Source: Candidatus Hadarchaeota archaeon | GTDB taxonomy: Archaea > Hadarchaeota > Hadarchaeia > Hadarchaeales > Hadarchaeaceae | DNA: 17,031 nucleotides | NCBI GenBank assembly: GCA_040755315.1 | Contig: JBFMBF010000025.1 | Span: 1-17,031, forward strand | Direction of reading: 5' to 3' | Shown: one piece after another, positions 16,699 through 17,031 of the stretch | Position numbering within the stretch: position 1 is the stretch's first letter | Layout: the number at the start of each line of letters is the position of its first letter | Notes under the pieces: generated by a model | The model's database searches: none | Seen by the model: the letters and a program-made list of their open reading frames with translations, nothing else | Told to the model about the DNA's origin: nothing | Made by a program: the position numbers and the translations under genes

Positions 16699-17031
16699 AT
16701 GATATCTTCAATAGTGTCCGCCAGCCGGGAAATAGACGGCGGCCTTGATGACGCGCTCGCAATTATTACCGAGCGAATACTACAACAACGAGAAAGAAGA
16801 CAAAAGATCGCTGAAACGCTTGAAGGATTGAGCAAGATTAACTTGAATGTTGATGGGCTTGCCGAACAGTCCCTCGTTAACGAGGTTGAGATGCACCCGC
16901 TCAAGGAAACCGCGGTGGCTGGGGTCGACGGGGGACTGCTTGAACAGCAACTCCACGGCCTTGACCTCATCATGGTCCGGGCACTCGCCGTGATATTCCA
17001 CTACCGCGACGCCAAGCTCGAAAAAGCAGAG
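16699..17031 (+). CDS. nurA: NurA family nuclease, 5' part (runs off the window; absent from the ORF track)
   Basis: SD GGAGG at 16689-16693, ATG 16699, open to the window end (111 codons): MISSIVSASRE...TAVAGVDGGLLEQQLHGLDLIMVRALAVIF. VAGVDGG matches the first catalytic Asp motif of NurA. Confidence 0.75.
   Translation, partial: MISSIVSASREIDGGLDDALAIITERILQQRERRQKIAETLEGLSKINLNVDGLAEQSLVNEVEMHPLKETAVAGVDGGLLEQQLHGLDLIMVRALAVIFHYRDAKLEKAE

Noticed and set aside
16387..17001. Short ORFs 16352..16540, 16387..16674, 16493..16762, 16683..16973 and 16780..17001
   Set aside because: No motifs or convincing start signals; the last two are antisense to nurA.

Overview
Compact, GC-rich archaeal chromosomal segment with euryarchaeal-type gene content (Hadarchaeota-like is only a guess). 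It is mostly housekeeping: intron-containing tRNA-Val(CAC), rfcS, ileS, a 2-TM hypothetical protein, class II HMG-CoA reductase, rpa-radA-HAD phosphatase, minD, a stand-alone receiver protein, a metallophosphoesterase, a CdpB-like PRC-barrel protein, cdc48, a secreted thermonuclease, DGGGP synthase and the 5' part of nurA. Three signals are not explained by this annotation. (1) An 88-aa Cas2/VapD-like orphan gene is translationally coupled to cdc48, and its TATA box is bracketed by two identical perfect palindromes (TTGTTATA-TT-TATAACAA), a candidate new proteostasis/heat-shock regulatory module. (2) A tandem pair of 16-bp parS-like palindromes (TGTCAAACGTTTGACA) lies between two convergent genes. 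(3) A structured tRNA-like RNA element with a perfect T-arm lies directly upstream of the nurA ribosome-binding site. No CRISPR array, transposase or integrase is visible. All calls are by eye; no database search was run.
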